Source: an uncultured Actinomycetes bacterium
GTDB taxonomy: Bacteria > Actinomycetota > UBA4738 > HRBIN12
Reading direction: 5' to 3'
Assembly: GCA_963706005.1 (NCBI GenBank)
Contig: CAVPLL010000002.1
Span: 22,148 to 86,147 of the forward strand
DNA length: 64,000 bases
The position numbers and the translations under genes are program-made. This document shows positions 57,181 to 64,000 of this stretch, in pieces. Each line of letters opens with the position of its first letter. Position 1 is the stretch's first letter. The notes under the pieces were generated by a model that ran no database searches, had not been told where the DNA came from, and worked only from the letters and a program-made list of their open reading frames with translations.

Positions 57181-58641
57181 ATGGCCACGAACCCCCCTCG
57201 CCCGCGCCGGACCATCGTCGCGCTGACCCTGTTCGCGATGCTCGCCGCCGCCTGCACGGCGGCGTCGGGCGAGACCGGACCGACCACGACGGGGGCGGCA
57301 GGTCCCTCCACGTCGCCGTCACCCTCTCCCGGCCCGGGGCTCACCAAGCTCGAGCAGGCCAAGCTGCACCTCAAGCACCTGGTGTTCATCGTCCAGGAGA
57401 ACCGCTCGTTCGATCACTACTTCGGAACCTTCCCGGGCGCGGACGGCATCCCGATGCGCAACGGGAAGCCGACCGTGTGCGTGCCGGACCCCATCGCAGG
57501 CAGATGCGTGCGTCCGTACCACTCGACCTCGCAGCTCCAGCAGGGGGGTCCGCACGGTCAGCGCCAGTCGGTCATCGACGTCGACAGCGGGAAGATGGAC
57601 GGGTTCGTGAGGACGGTCATCGACAGCCCGCTGTACTGCGCGGACCACCGGGACGATCCCAAGTGCGACAGCTACCTCGGACCTGCGGGGCAGCCCGACG
57701 TCATGAGCTATCACACGGCAAAGGAGATCCCGAACTACTGGCGCTACGCGCGGGAGTTCGTGCTCCAGGACCACATGTTCGCCCCCGCGGATTCGTGGAC
57801 CCTGCCGGCGCACCTGTTCCTGGTGTCCGCCTGGGCCGCGCGATGCTCGGACCCCCGCGATCCGATGTCGTGCGTCTCGAACCTCGACCTGAACGAGGAG
57901 TTCCAGACGATGCACTCTGGCCGGGACGTCCCGATCTGGGCATGGACCGACATCACCTACCTGCTGCACGAGAACGGGGTCAGCTGGTCGTACTACGTGG
58001 GCGACGACACCTGCTTCTTCGACCCCTGCCCGTCGGCCCACGGCCGCCACAACACGGTCTCGCAGCAGAACCCGCTGCCGTGGTTCACGACGATCCGCGA
58101 GACCGGCCAGATGGATCGGATCCAGAACCACGACCAGTTCTTCAGGGCGGCCGCGAACGGGACCCTGCCCTCGGTCTCGTGGGTGATGCCCTACAACGGC
58201 GTCGGCGAGCATCCGGCGTCGGGCGCCCCGATCTGGCGGGGGCAACGCCACGTCACCCAGGTCGTGAACGCGCTGATGGAGGGGCCCGACTGGAACGACA
58301 CGGCGATCTTCCTCACGTGGGACGACTGGGGGGGCTTCTACGATCACGTGGAGCCACCGCACGTGGACCTGAACGGGTACGGGATCCGCGTCCCGGGACT
58401 GCTCATCAGTCCGTGGGCGCGAGCCGGACTGATCGACTCCCAGACCCTGTCGTTCGACGCGTACCTGAAGCTGATCGAGGACCTGTTCCTCGACAAGGAG
58501 CGGCTCAACCCCGCGACCCTCAGCCGCCCCGACTCACGTCCGACCGTTCGCGAGAAGGCGTCGATCCTCGGGAACCTGCTGAAGGATTTCGACTTCAGCC
58601 AAGAGCCGCTCCCCCCGGTGATCCTAGATCCGACGCCGTAA
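57181..58641 (+). CDS. phosphoesterase family protein, paralog of 54199..55608 (signal/lipoprotein-like N-terminus)
   Basis: [25 protein letters not shown]...[25 protein letters not shown]...[12 protein letters not shown]. By eye it aligns with the first copy along its whole length (roughly 55-60% identity). Confidence 0.85.
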   Translation: MATNPPRPRRTIVALTLFAMLAAACTAASGETGPTTTGAAGPSTSPSPSPGPGLTKLEQAKLHLKHLVFIVQENRSFDHYFGTFPGADGIPMRNGKPTVCVPDPIAGRCVRPYHSTSQLQQGGPHGQRQSVIDVDSGKMDGFVRTVIDSPLYCADHRDDPKCDSYLGPAGQPDVMSYHTAKEIPNYWRYAREFVLQDHMFAPADSWTLPAHLFLVSAWAARCSDPRDPMSCVSNLDLNEEFQTMHSGRDVPIWAWTDITYLLHENGVSWSYYVGDDTCFFDPCPSAHGRHNTVSQQNPLPWFTTIRETGQMDRIQNHDQFFRAAANGTLPSVSWVMPYNGVGEHPASGAPIWRGQRHVTQVVNALMEGPDWNDTAIFLTWDDWGGFYDHVEPPHVDLNGYGIRVPGLLISPWARAGLIDSQTLSFDAYLKLIEDLFLDKERLNPATLSRPDSRPTVREKASILGNLLKDFDFSQEPLPPVILDPTP

Positions 58642-58707
58642 GCAGCATCGCAGCCAGCGCTCGACCTCCGTAGCGTTCCGCCGACCTGCAGCGTAGCCTT
58701 CCGGTCC

Positions 58708-60336
58708 ATGGCCCGCACGCTCGAACCCGGCGACACCATCGCGGGTTACCGGATCAAGGCGAAGCTCGGCCGTGGTGGGATGGCGACCGTGTACCTCGCC
58801 GAGGACGAACACTTGAAGCGTCAGGTCGCCCTGAAGGTGCTGTCGCCGGAGCTCGCGGCCGACGAGAGCTTCCGGCGACGCTTCGAGGCGGAGTCCGAAC
58901 GCCTCGCGTCCGTCGACCACCCGAACATCATCCCCGTGTACGAAGCCGGCGAGGAGGACTCGCTCCTGTTCATCGCGATGCGGTACGTCGAGACGACGGA
59001 CCTGAAGGACCTGATCCAGCAGGTTGGCAGCCTCGAGGCGGGACGGGCCCTCACGATCGTCGCGCAGGTGGCGAGCGCGCTGGATGCCGCGCACGCCAAG
59101 GGCCTGGTTCATCGCGACGTGAAGCCCGCGAACATCCTGATCGCGATCGGCGCCGGACCCGAGGCGACGGATCACGCGTACCTGTCGGACTTCGGTCTCA
59201 CGAAGCGGACCGTGGAGACGAGCGGCCTCACGCGTACCGGCTATTTCATGGGCACGATCGACTACGTCGCTCCCGAACAGATCTCGGGCAAGGGGGTCGA
59301 TGGCAGGACCGATCAGTACGCCCTCGGCTGTGTCCTGTTCGAGAGCCTCGCGGGCCAGCCGCCGTTCCCTCGGGACGACGACGGCGCCGTGGTGTTCGCG
59401 CACCTGTCGATGCCGCCGCCGTCATTGACCGCGATCCGCCCCGACCTCCCGCCCGAGATCGACGCGGTGATCGCGACCGCGATGGCGAAGGAGAAGGAGG
59501 ACCGGTATCCATACTGCGTGGCGTTCGCCCGCTCGGCGCGGGCGGCGATCCTGGGGGCGCGGGAGGTGACGCCGCCGGCGGGGATCACGTCGGGGGAGAA
59601 CCGGATGGCCGCCGCGATCGGCGCTTCGCTCGCGACACCGGTCGACGCCCCGACGGTCGAGGCCTCGCCTCCCGACGCGGGGGTCGAGATCCCGGCGCCG
59701 CCGCCACCCTCTCCGGTCCCGACACCGCCACCCCCAGGGTCCGGACCGGTCACCGAGCCTGGACCGTCGGGGTCCGAGCCCCGCAGGCGGTCGAAGCTCC
59801 TCGTCCCGCTCCTGGTCGCAGGTGCGCTCGGGCTCGCGGCCATCGGAGCGTTCGTGGTGCGTTCGGGCGGTGACGGGGACGCAGCCAAGGGGGGTCCGAC
59901 GCCAGGACCGACCGGCGCGTCGGCCGTCACCGGTTCCAGCGGGTCGGCCGGCGGTCCGCAGCTCTCCGAGGCGCAGACCTTCGGGACGTGGAACCTCACC
60001 TTCTCGCCCGCCGGGGACGCGTCGACGGGCTCCGCCACGGAGACCTCTTGGGAGCTCGCCGCGAACTGCGAGAACCGGTCGGGCCCTCATCCGTGCGACG
60101 TCGACGCCGTGAGCCCGGTCACCGGGTTCATCCAGCGTGTCGGGAAGACCTACGAGGGCACGGTTACCGGCGAGCTCCCCTGCGGTCCATCGGACACGAT
60201 GCACGTGGCGTTCGACGTCACCGATGCCGAGGAGATCGACGGCATCCTGCGTGCAACCGCCATCCGAGGACACGGCAGGATGATGAACGGCGCATGCGAG
60301 AGCGCCATGTTCACGTTGGTGGGCAGTCTCGGGTAG
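58708..60336 (+). CDS. serine/threonine protein kinase with TM helix and extracellular C-terminal domain
   Basis: LGRGGMATVYLA...VALKVL...HRDVKPANILI...DFGLTK...GTIDYVAPE. Pro-rich linker, TM LLVPLLVAGALGLAAIGAFVV. Confidence 0.95.
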   Translation: MARTLEPGDTIAGYRIKAKLGRGGMATVYLAEDEHLKRQVALKVLSPELAADESFRRRFEAESERLASVDHPNIIPVYEAGEEDSLLFIAMRYVETTDLKDLIQQVGSLEAGRALTIVAQVASALDAAHAKGLVHRDVKPANILIAIGAGPEATDHAYLSDFGLTKRTVETSGLTRTGYFMGTIDYVAPEQISGKGVDGRTDQYALGCVLFESLAGQPPFPRDDDGAVVFAHLSMPPPSLTAIRPDLPPEIDAVIATAMAKEKEDRYPYCVAFARSARAAILGAREVTPPAGITSGENRMAAAIGASLATPVDAPTVEASPPDAGVEIPAPPPPSPVPTPPPPGSGPVTEPGPSGSEPRRRSKLLVPLLVAGALGLAAIGAFVVRSGGDGDAAKGGPTPGPTGASAVTGSSGSAGGPQLSEAQTFGTWNLTFSPAGDASTGSATETSWELAANCENRSGPHPCDVDAVSPVTGFIQRVGKTYEGTVTGELPCGPSDTMHVAFDVTDAEEIDGILRATAIRGHGRMMNGACESAMFTLVGSLG

Positions 60337-60363
60337 CCACCCAAGGAAACCGGTTGGCGATCG

Positions 60364-60434
60364 CTGGCCCGCCTGGATTCGAACCAGGACTAACTGATCC
60401 AGAGTCAGCCGGGCTACCGTTACCCCACGGGCCA
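60364..60434 (-). tRNA. tRNA-Gln (anticodon CUG)
   Basis: Minus strand: TGGCCCGTGGGGTAACGGTAGCCCGGCTGACTCTGGATCAGTTAGTCCTGGTTCGAATCCAGGCGGGCCAG. It has U1-A72 with G73, a perfect 7-bp acceptor stem, anticodon loop CTCTGGA, and T-arm CCTGG-TTCGAAT-CCAGG. Confidence 0.9.
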
Positions 60435-60437
60435 GTG
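60404..60437. repeat. direct repeat copy A (34 bp; tRNA-Gln positions -3 to 31), candidate att site
   Basis: gtcagccgggctaccgttaccccacgggccagtg is identical to 63399..63432. Similarity extends imperfectly over the anticodon loop (60398-60403 versus 63393-63398, 2 mismatches). Confidence 0.9.
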
Positions 60438-60561
60438 TGTGACCTGCGGAAATGCTGCACTCCGGCCGAGCACACCGCCTGTAGCCCAGATAGCTCGGGA
60501 GGCCGGATTGACCGCAGACACGGCTCGAACGCTACCACGCGAAGGTACGGCCACCGGCCCG

Positions 60562-60755
60562 ACCATCCTCGAGCTGCTCGGCTCGTTCCGTCTCCACCTC
60601 CAGGCCGAGAACAAGGCGCCCGCGCACGATCGAGGCCTACACGTCGGCCGTGCGGCTGCTCTCCGCGTTCCTGGGCGAACGGGGGATGCCCACTGCGATC
60701 ACGGCACTCACACGCGAGTTCGTCGAGACATTCCTGGCCGACCAGATCTCATCCT
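60562..60755 (+). pseudogene. tyrosine recombinase (phage-integrase family), N-terminal SAM-like domain fragment only, frameshifted
   Basis: TILELLGSFRLHLQAENKAP / (frame +1) RTIEAYTSAVRLLSAFLGERGMPTAITALTREFVETFLADQI. No catalytic domain (R..HxxR..Y) follows in any frame. Confidence 0.65.
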
Positions 60756-61173
60756 CCCTCGCCTCAGCGGAGGCGGGAAGGTTTCGGCCCGCGCCAGCTG
60801 CCTCGATATGCCCAAGAAGCCTGGCGATGTCGACCTGGCGCAGGAGCTCAGCCATGGTGGGGGATCCTCGCCTATGGCGAAGCGAGCCGTTTCCACGAGA
60901 GAGGGGGCGCATCCCACCATGGCCGAGAGTCGTTGTCGTCCTCGAAGAACTCGGCAAAGCACACACCGCACGTCCCAAGGATCACCGTGCTGACGCCCCC
61001 GCACTCCGGGCAATCGGCAACGGTCAGGGACGGGCTCACGAGGGAGACGCTACGCGACACGGATGACACCCTTCTGACCGCCGGATGACGGCGTGGTGAA
61101 CAGCGGCGCACCCTGCAGGCCGGTTGGGCGTGCGGCGCCGGCTCGCGCGGTGAATCCAACGACCCACTCGACG

Positions 61174-61761
61174 CTACGAACGGTCGATCCCGGGAAGCTC
61201 GATGCGCTCGACTTGATCTTGTGCGATCGTGGCTCCGGTTGACAGCTCGAACCTCTCTCGAACCTTGGCCCATTCTCGCTCGCCGATCGCGGGTGACTCC
61301 TTGCCGTAGGTCTTCATCTGTAGCTTGATCTGCTCGAAGTAAGGCTCCGCGTCGGGGCGTTCCTTCCGAGGGGTTGCAAGAATAGACTCGATGTCGCGGC
61401 GGAGCGCCGAGTAGAGTGCGGCGGCGACCCGATGCTTCTCACTGCGTTCGCCGAGCCGCAGGAACGTCTGCAAGCTTGCTAGCACTGCTGCGCCAACGCT
61501 GAGGAGTCCAACCACGACCCGCAGAGGGAGGCTGACCGACTCCCCAAGGGTGGCGAACACGCTGGTTCCGATAACCGTCGACAAGATCACCACCGGGATA
61601 CCAAGTCGAAGATTGCTACGAGTCAGATGGTCGGCCATCGCGAAGTGGCCGGCTTCGACCGCCGAAACGCGACTGGCCCAAGCCTCAAGCAGTTCCTCGC
61701 GTGCCGCGTGCCACCCTCTTCCGCTGTGCGAATCGACAGGCACCGACGCCTGCTTGGACAA
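61174..61761 (-). CDS. SLATT-like two-transmembrane effector domain protein
   Basis: ...EELLEAWASRVSAVEAGHFAMADHLTRSNLRLGIPVVILSTVIGTSVFATL...LRVVVGLLSVGAAVLASLQTFLRLGERSEKHRVAAALYSALRRDIE matches the SLATT layout as I remember it: helix, 2 TM, then the LQTFL..E.A.KH..AA..Y..L motif. The track start is a TTG. A strong-RBS ATG at 61835 lies one G/C-run indel (61793-61798) out of frame. Confidence 0.6.
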   Translation of the reverse strand: MSKQASVPVDSHSGRGWHAAREELLEAWASRVSAVEAGHFAMADHLTRSNLRLGIPVVILSTVIGTSVFATLGESVSLPLRVVVGLLSVGAAVLASLQTFLRLGERSEKHRVAAALYSALRRDIESILATPRKERPDAEPYFEQIKLQMKTYGKESPAIGEREWAKVRERFELSTGATIAQDQVERIELPGIDRS

Positions 61762-61958
61762 CTCGATCTCTTGCTCAGCGTCCGTTGTTCGGCCCCCCGG
61801 CCGCTCGTGTCGATAGGCTGGCAGAACGGGCGCATGGAGGCCTGTCCTCCTTCCGGCCTACAGCTCACTCCGCTCTCGGCAACTCAGACGATCGGCTCGC
61901 TGTGCGGCGCGAACCCCCGGTGCGCCCCAGGAGAAGGCAGAGCTCGGCGATCGAGGGA

Positions 61959-62780
61959 CTACTGGAGGGTGATGGTGACGTCAGGCACGTCATAACGAGA
62001 AACGTAGCGCCACCCGTCGTAGCCGTCCTCCTCGTACGTACTCAGCGTTGCTGGCCCGGTTCCGAAAGCGATACCCGTTTCGGTATCCACTTCGGCCGAC
62101 CACTCGGCCGGGGAATCCGGTGTGCATGCGACAACGAGGTAGACCCCACCCCGAGCGACGAAGAACCCTTGGCGCAGCTGACGAAGCGCGAACTCGCGGT
62201 CAACGACGGAACGCGCATTGCACGTGGCCGTGCCAGTTATCGTGGCGATACCTGTGTTGGGATCGACCGTTCCCCCCGTAACTTGAAACGCGAATTCGAG
62301 ATCGACGTTCGTGACCTTCGTGGCCGTCAGAACGAGGGGTCCTCCACCGCTGCCCCGGTATCCGCAGCATTGGCTCACCATGACGAAGTACGTCACGCCC
62401 GCCTGAGCACGGAAGCGGACGCCCGACGCGTAGCCGAAGCGATCGTCGTTGCACTTGACGCGCTTGACCTCCCCGCCGTCGCTGCGGGTATAGACGCCGA
62501 GCGTCGTGTCGTACTCGGAGCCGATCAGGTCGATCTGCACGTGGGTCGTGGCGGCAGGCGTGAACGAGTAGAACACCGATGCGACAGTGGAGCAGATCCG
62601 TGGACCGTCGGTTGTCGCATCCGATGTATCCATCGAGTGGGTGAACGGCAGGGAACCGATCCTGATGGCTCCCGCCTCCGTATCGTTCGAGGGCGGGGCT
62701 GCGACGGCAACGCCAGCGCCCAGCCCAGCCACCAGCAACACCCCGGTCAAGACGGCGAAGCATCTGCCAAGACGCGACAT
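61959..62780 (-). CDS. secreted hypothetical protein with N-terminal PPC-like beta-sandwich signature
   Basis: Signal MSRLGRCFAVLTGVLLVAGLGAGVAVAAPP, then SNDTEAGAIRIGSLPF...DTSDATTD...SVFYSFTP...GSEYDTTLGVY...VKCNDD. GGAGG RBS. Confidence 0.55.
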   Translation of the reverse strand: MSRLGRCFAVLTGVLLVAGLGAGVAVAAPPSNDTEAGAIRIGSLPFTHSMDTSDATTDGPRICSTVASVFYSFTPAATTHVQIDLIGSEYDTTLGVYTRSDGGEVKRVKCNDDRFGYASGVRFRAQAGVTYFVMVSQCCGYRGSGGGPLVLTATKVTNVDLEFAFQVTGGTVDPNTGIATITGTATCNARSVVDREFALRQLRQGFFVARGGVYLVVACTPDSPAEWSAEVDTETGIAFGTGPATLSTYEEDGYDGWRYVSRYDVPDVTITLQ

Positions 62781-62946
62781 GTCCGCCTCCGTAGCCCGCC
62801 CTTCATGCGTAAGCCTGTGCTTCGGCTGACGGCGAGTCAAATGGCAGAGCAGTGGAACCCACCGATCACCCTGGCCGAACCCCGACAACGTCGCGGACCG
62901 CATCGACGCCGCGGGGCTGCCCTCCTCGTCCACCGAGTCGCTGACC

Positions 62947-63381
62947 GTGCACTACCACTCGCACGTCGACATCTTCGTGAACGGCAGGTCCGAGCCCGTC
63001 GCCTCGAGCATCGGGCGGGAGGACCAGAGCCTGTTCTCGCCGCTCCACACGCATGCCACCAGCGGGCTGATCCACATCGAGGCGCCGGAGGACCAGCACT
63101 TCACCGTCGAGATGCTGTTCACGGAGTGGGGCGTGCGGCTGACGAACGACTGTATCGGCGGTTACTGCACCCCGGACACGGAGCTCAAGGCCTACGTGGA
63201 CGGCACGAGGTACACCCAACCGATCTCGACCATCGTCCTTAGGAAAGGCGAGGAGATTGCGATCGTGATCGGCTCCCCGCCCGCGACCATCCCCTCGAGC
63301 TGGGACTGTCTGGCCAACATCGACCCTACGATCGAGAACCCGGCGCAGTGCGCAGACTTCGGCCAGCAGGTCCCTGGCTGA
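62947..63381 (+). pseudogene. 5'-truncated conserved hypothetical (HYHxHxDIFVNG...LHTH...GGYC family)
   Basis: The open frame runs from a stop at about 62826 (...WPNPDNVADRIDAAGLPSSSTESLTVHYHSHVDIFVNG...) with no start codon before the GTG at 62947. Relatives I recall carry an N-terminal signal/TM segment, which is missing here. Confidence 0.5.
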
Positions 63382-63398
63382 ACCGGAGATACTTCAGG

Positions 63399-63432
63399 GT
63401 CAGCCGGGCTACCGTTACCCCACGGGCCAGTG
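63399..63432. repeat. direct repeat copy B (orphan 5' half of tRNA-Gln)
   Basis: Identical 34-mer to 60404..60437. The downstream sequence (on the minus strand) does not continue as a tRNA. Confidence 0.9.
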
Positions 63433-63446
63433 GGGCTTCGATGCTT

Positions 63447-64000
63447 TCAAGAGGCCTGACCGTCCACGGGGAACGTCTCGAGCCCCGGCGGCACGTCTGA
63501 TCGGAACGACCCGACGATCTGCTCGAAGTCGGCGCGCTCCGCGTCCCAACCGTCCGGCGGGAAGATCGCCGCGATCAGGTACCCGGTCTGGCCGTCACCG
63601 AGCGTCATCGCCGCCGCGACGCTCGAGGTCACCTGGTCGCCTTGGTGCACGTCCGCGACGACCAGCCTCGCCGGCGAACCGTCGAGCCTGGTCGGGTCGT
63701 CGATCAGGACATCGACGATCGGGTCCCCGGTCAGGAAGTACAGCGCCATCTGGTCCAGGTCGTCGAACCCGTCGGTCGAGACCGCGAACGCCTGGTAGGT
63801 CGTCTGATCGGGCTGCCCGCTCGCGGCCGCGTCGAGGCCCCCGATCGCCGAGGCGGGGGAGGGGCTCGGCGCCGGAGGGCTTGAGATCACGCCCGTGAGC
63901 AGGCCGGGCCCGGTCTGGGCTGGTTGGGGCGGCGTCACCGTGATCTGGTTGGCGGCCGGGAGGTTCAGCGCGAACAGCCCCTGCTCGTCGTAGTAGCGGG
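63447..64000 (-). CDS. hypothetical protein, 5' end beyond the window
   Basis: The frame is open to the window edge (...PRYYDEQGLFALNLPAANQITVTPPQPAQTGPGLLTG...DGWDAERADFEQIVGSFRSDVPPGLETFPVDGQAS). No family recognised. Confidence 0.4.
   Translation of the reverse strand, partial: RYYDEQGLFALNLPAANQITVTPPQPAQTGPGLLTGVISSPPAPSPSPASAIGGLDAAASGQPDQTTYQAFAVSTDGFDDLDQMALYFLTGDPIVDVLIDDPTRLDGSPARLVVADVHQGDQVTSSVAAAMTLGDGQTGYLIAAIFPPDGWDAERADFEQIVGSFRSDVPPGLETFPVDGQAS

Larger units (their letters stand above)
60438..63398. mobile_element. degenerate ~3-kb integrated element / genomic islet next to tRNA-Gln
   Basis: It is bounded by the 34-bp direct repeat. An integrase N-terminal remnant abuts the tRNA. 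Spot-checked windows run about 53-65% GC against about 68-70% elsewhere. Cargo: a SLATT-like 2TM gene, a secreted protein and a 5'-truncated gene. Confidence 0.6.

Noticed and set aside
60637-61273. Minus-strand ORFs inside the islet: a CPECGG...CGVC zinc-ribbon-like peptide and an MAELLRQVDIARLLG HTH-like peptide. These could be an excisionase or antitoxin pair.
   Set aside because: The frames are short and mutually overlapping, partly antisense to the integrase fragment, and lack convincing starts or RBS. The composition is partly junk-like, so support is insufficient to call them.

Overview
High-GC (about 68-70%) bacterial chromosome segment. Strong GGAGG-type ribosome-binding sites and the gene content suggest a deep-branching Actinomycetota-like organism, but this is inference only. 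Gene density is high and many neighbouring genes have 4-nt ATGA/GTGA start-stop overlaps. In order, the window holds: cydAB; a minus-strand glycogen/trehalose-to-G6P operon (SCP2, debranching enzyme, zwf, GH15, GMC oxidoreductase); ndh; cydDC; a homocysteine methyltransferase; an RTX-like secreted protein; MarR; a decayed secreted-protein gene; a P450 / saccharopine dehydrogenase / amino-acid permease / GS-like cluster; FAH, acetoacetate decarboxylase, GNAT and YcaQ genes; gltX; an amidase; galT; and a TadE/TadG-vWA pair. Then comes the most unusual part, a 14-kb same-strand respiratory supercluster (37.2-51.2 kb). It encodes DsrE, TusA, a free-standing MvhD-like protein and a QmoABC-like HdrA/HdrA/HdrC-E complex, with a winged-helix protein, PadR and a hemerythrin translationally coupled into it. 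These are followed by a GltD-like NAD(P)H/FAD/Fe-S protein, split cytochrome b6 plus subunit IV, Rieske, cytochrome c, and a lipoprotein with five tandem blue-copper (cupredoxin) domains. Four of those domains are encoded by a perfect 381-bp tandem repeat. After that come corA, a beta-carbonic anhydrase, tRNA-Glu, two paralogous phosphoesterases flanking icd, and a Ser/Thr kinase. The window ends with tRNA-Gln abutted by a ~3-kb lower-GC degenerate integrated element, bounded by a 34-bp direct repeat of the tRNA 5' half and carrying an integrase remnant and a SLATT-type 2TM gene. A second theme is about 20 frame breaks, all at short G/C runs. They are strongly clustered (6 in one secreted-protein gene, 5 in one permease, and all four cyd genes hit), which could reflect real pseudogenisation or homopolymer sequencing error. 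No rRNA or CRISPR array was seen.
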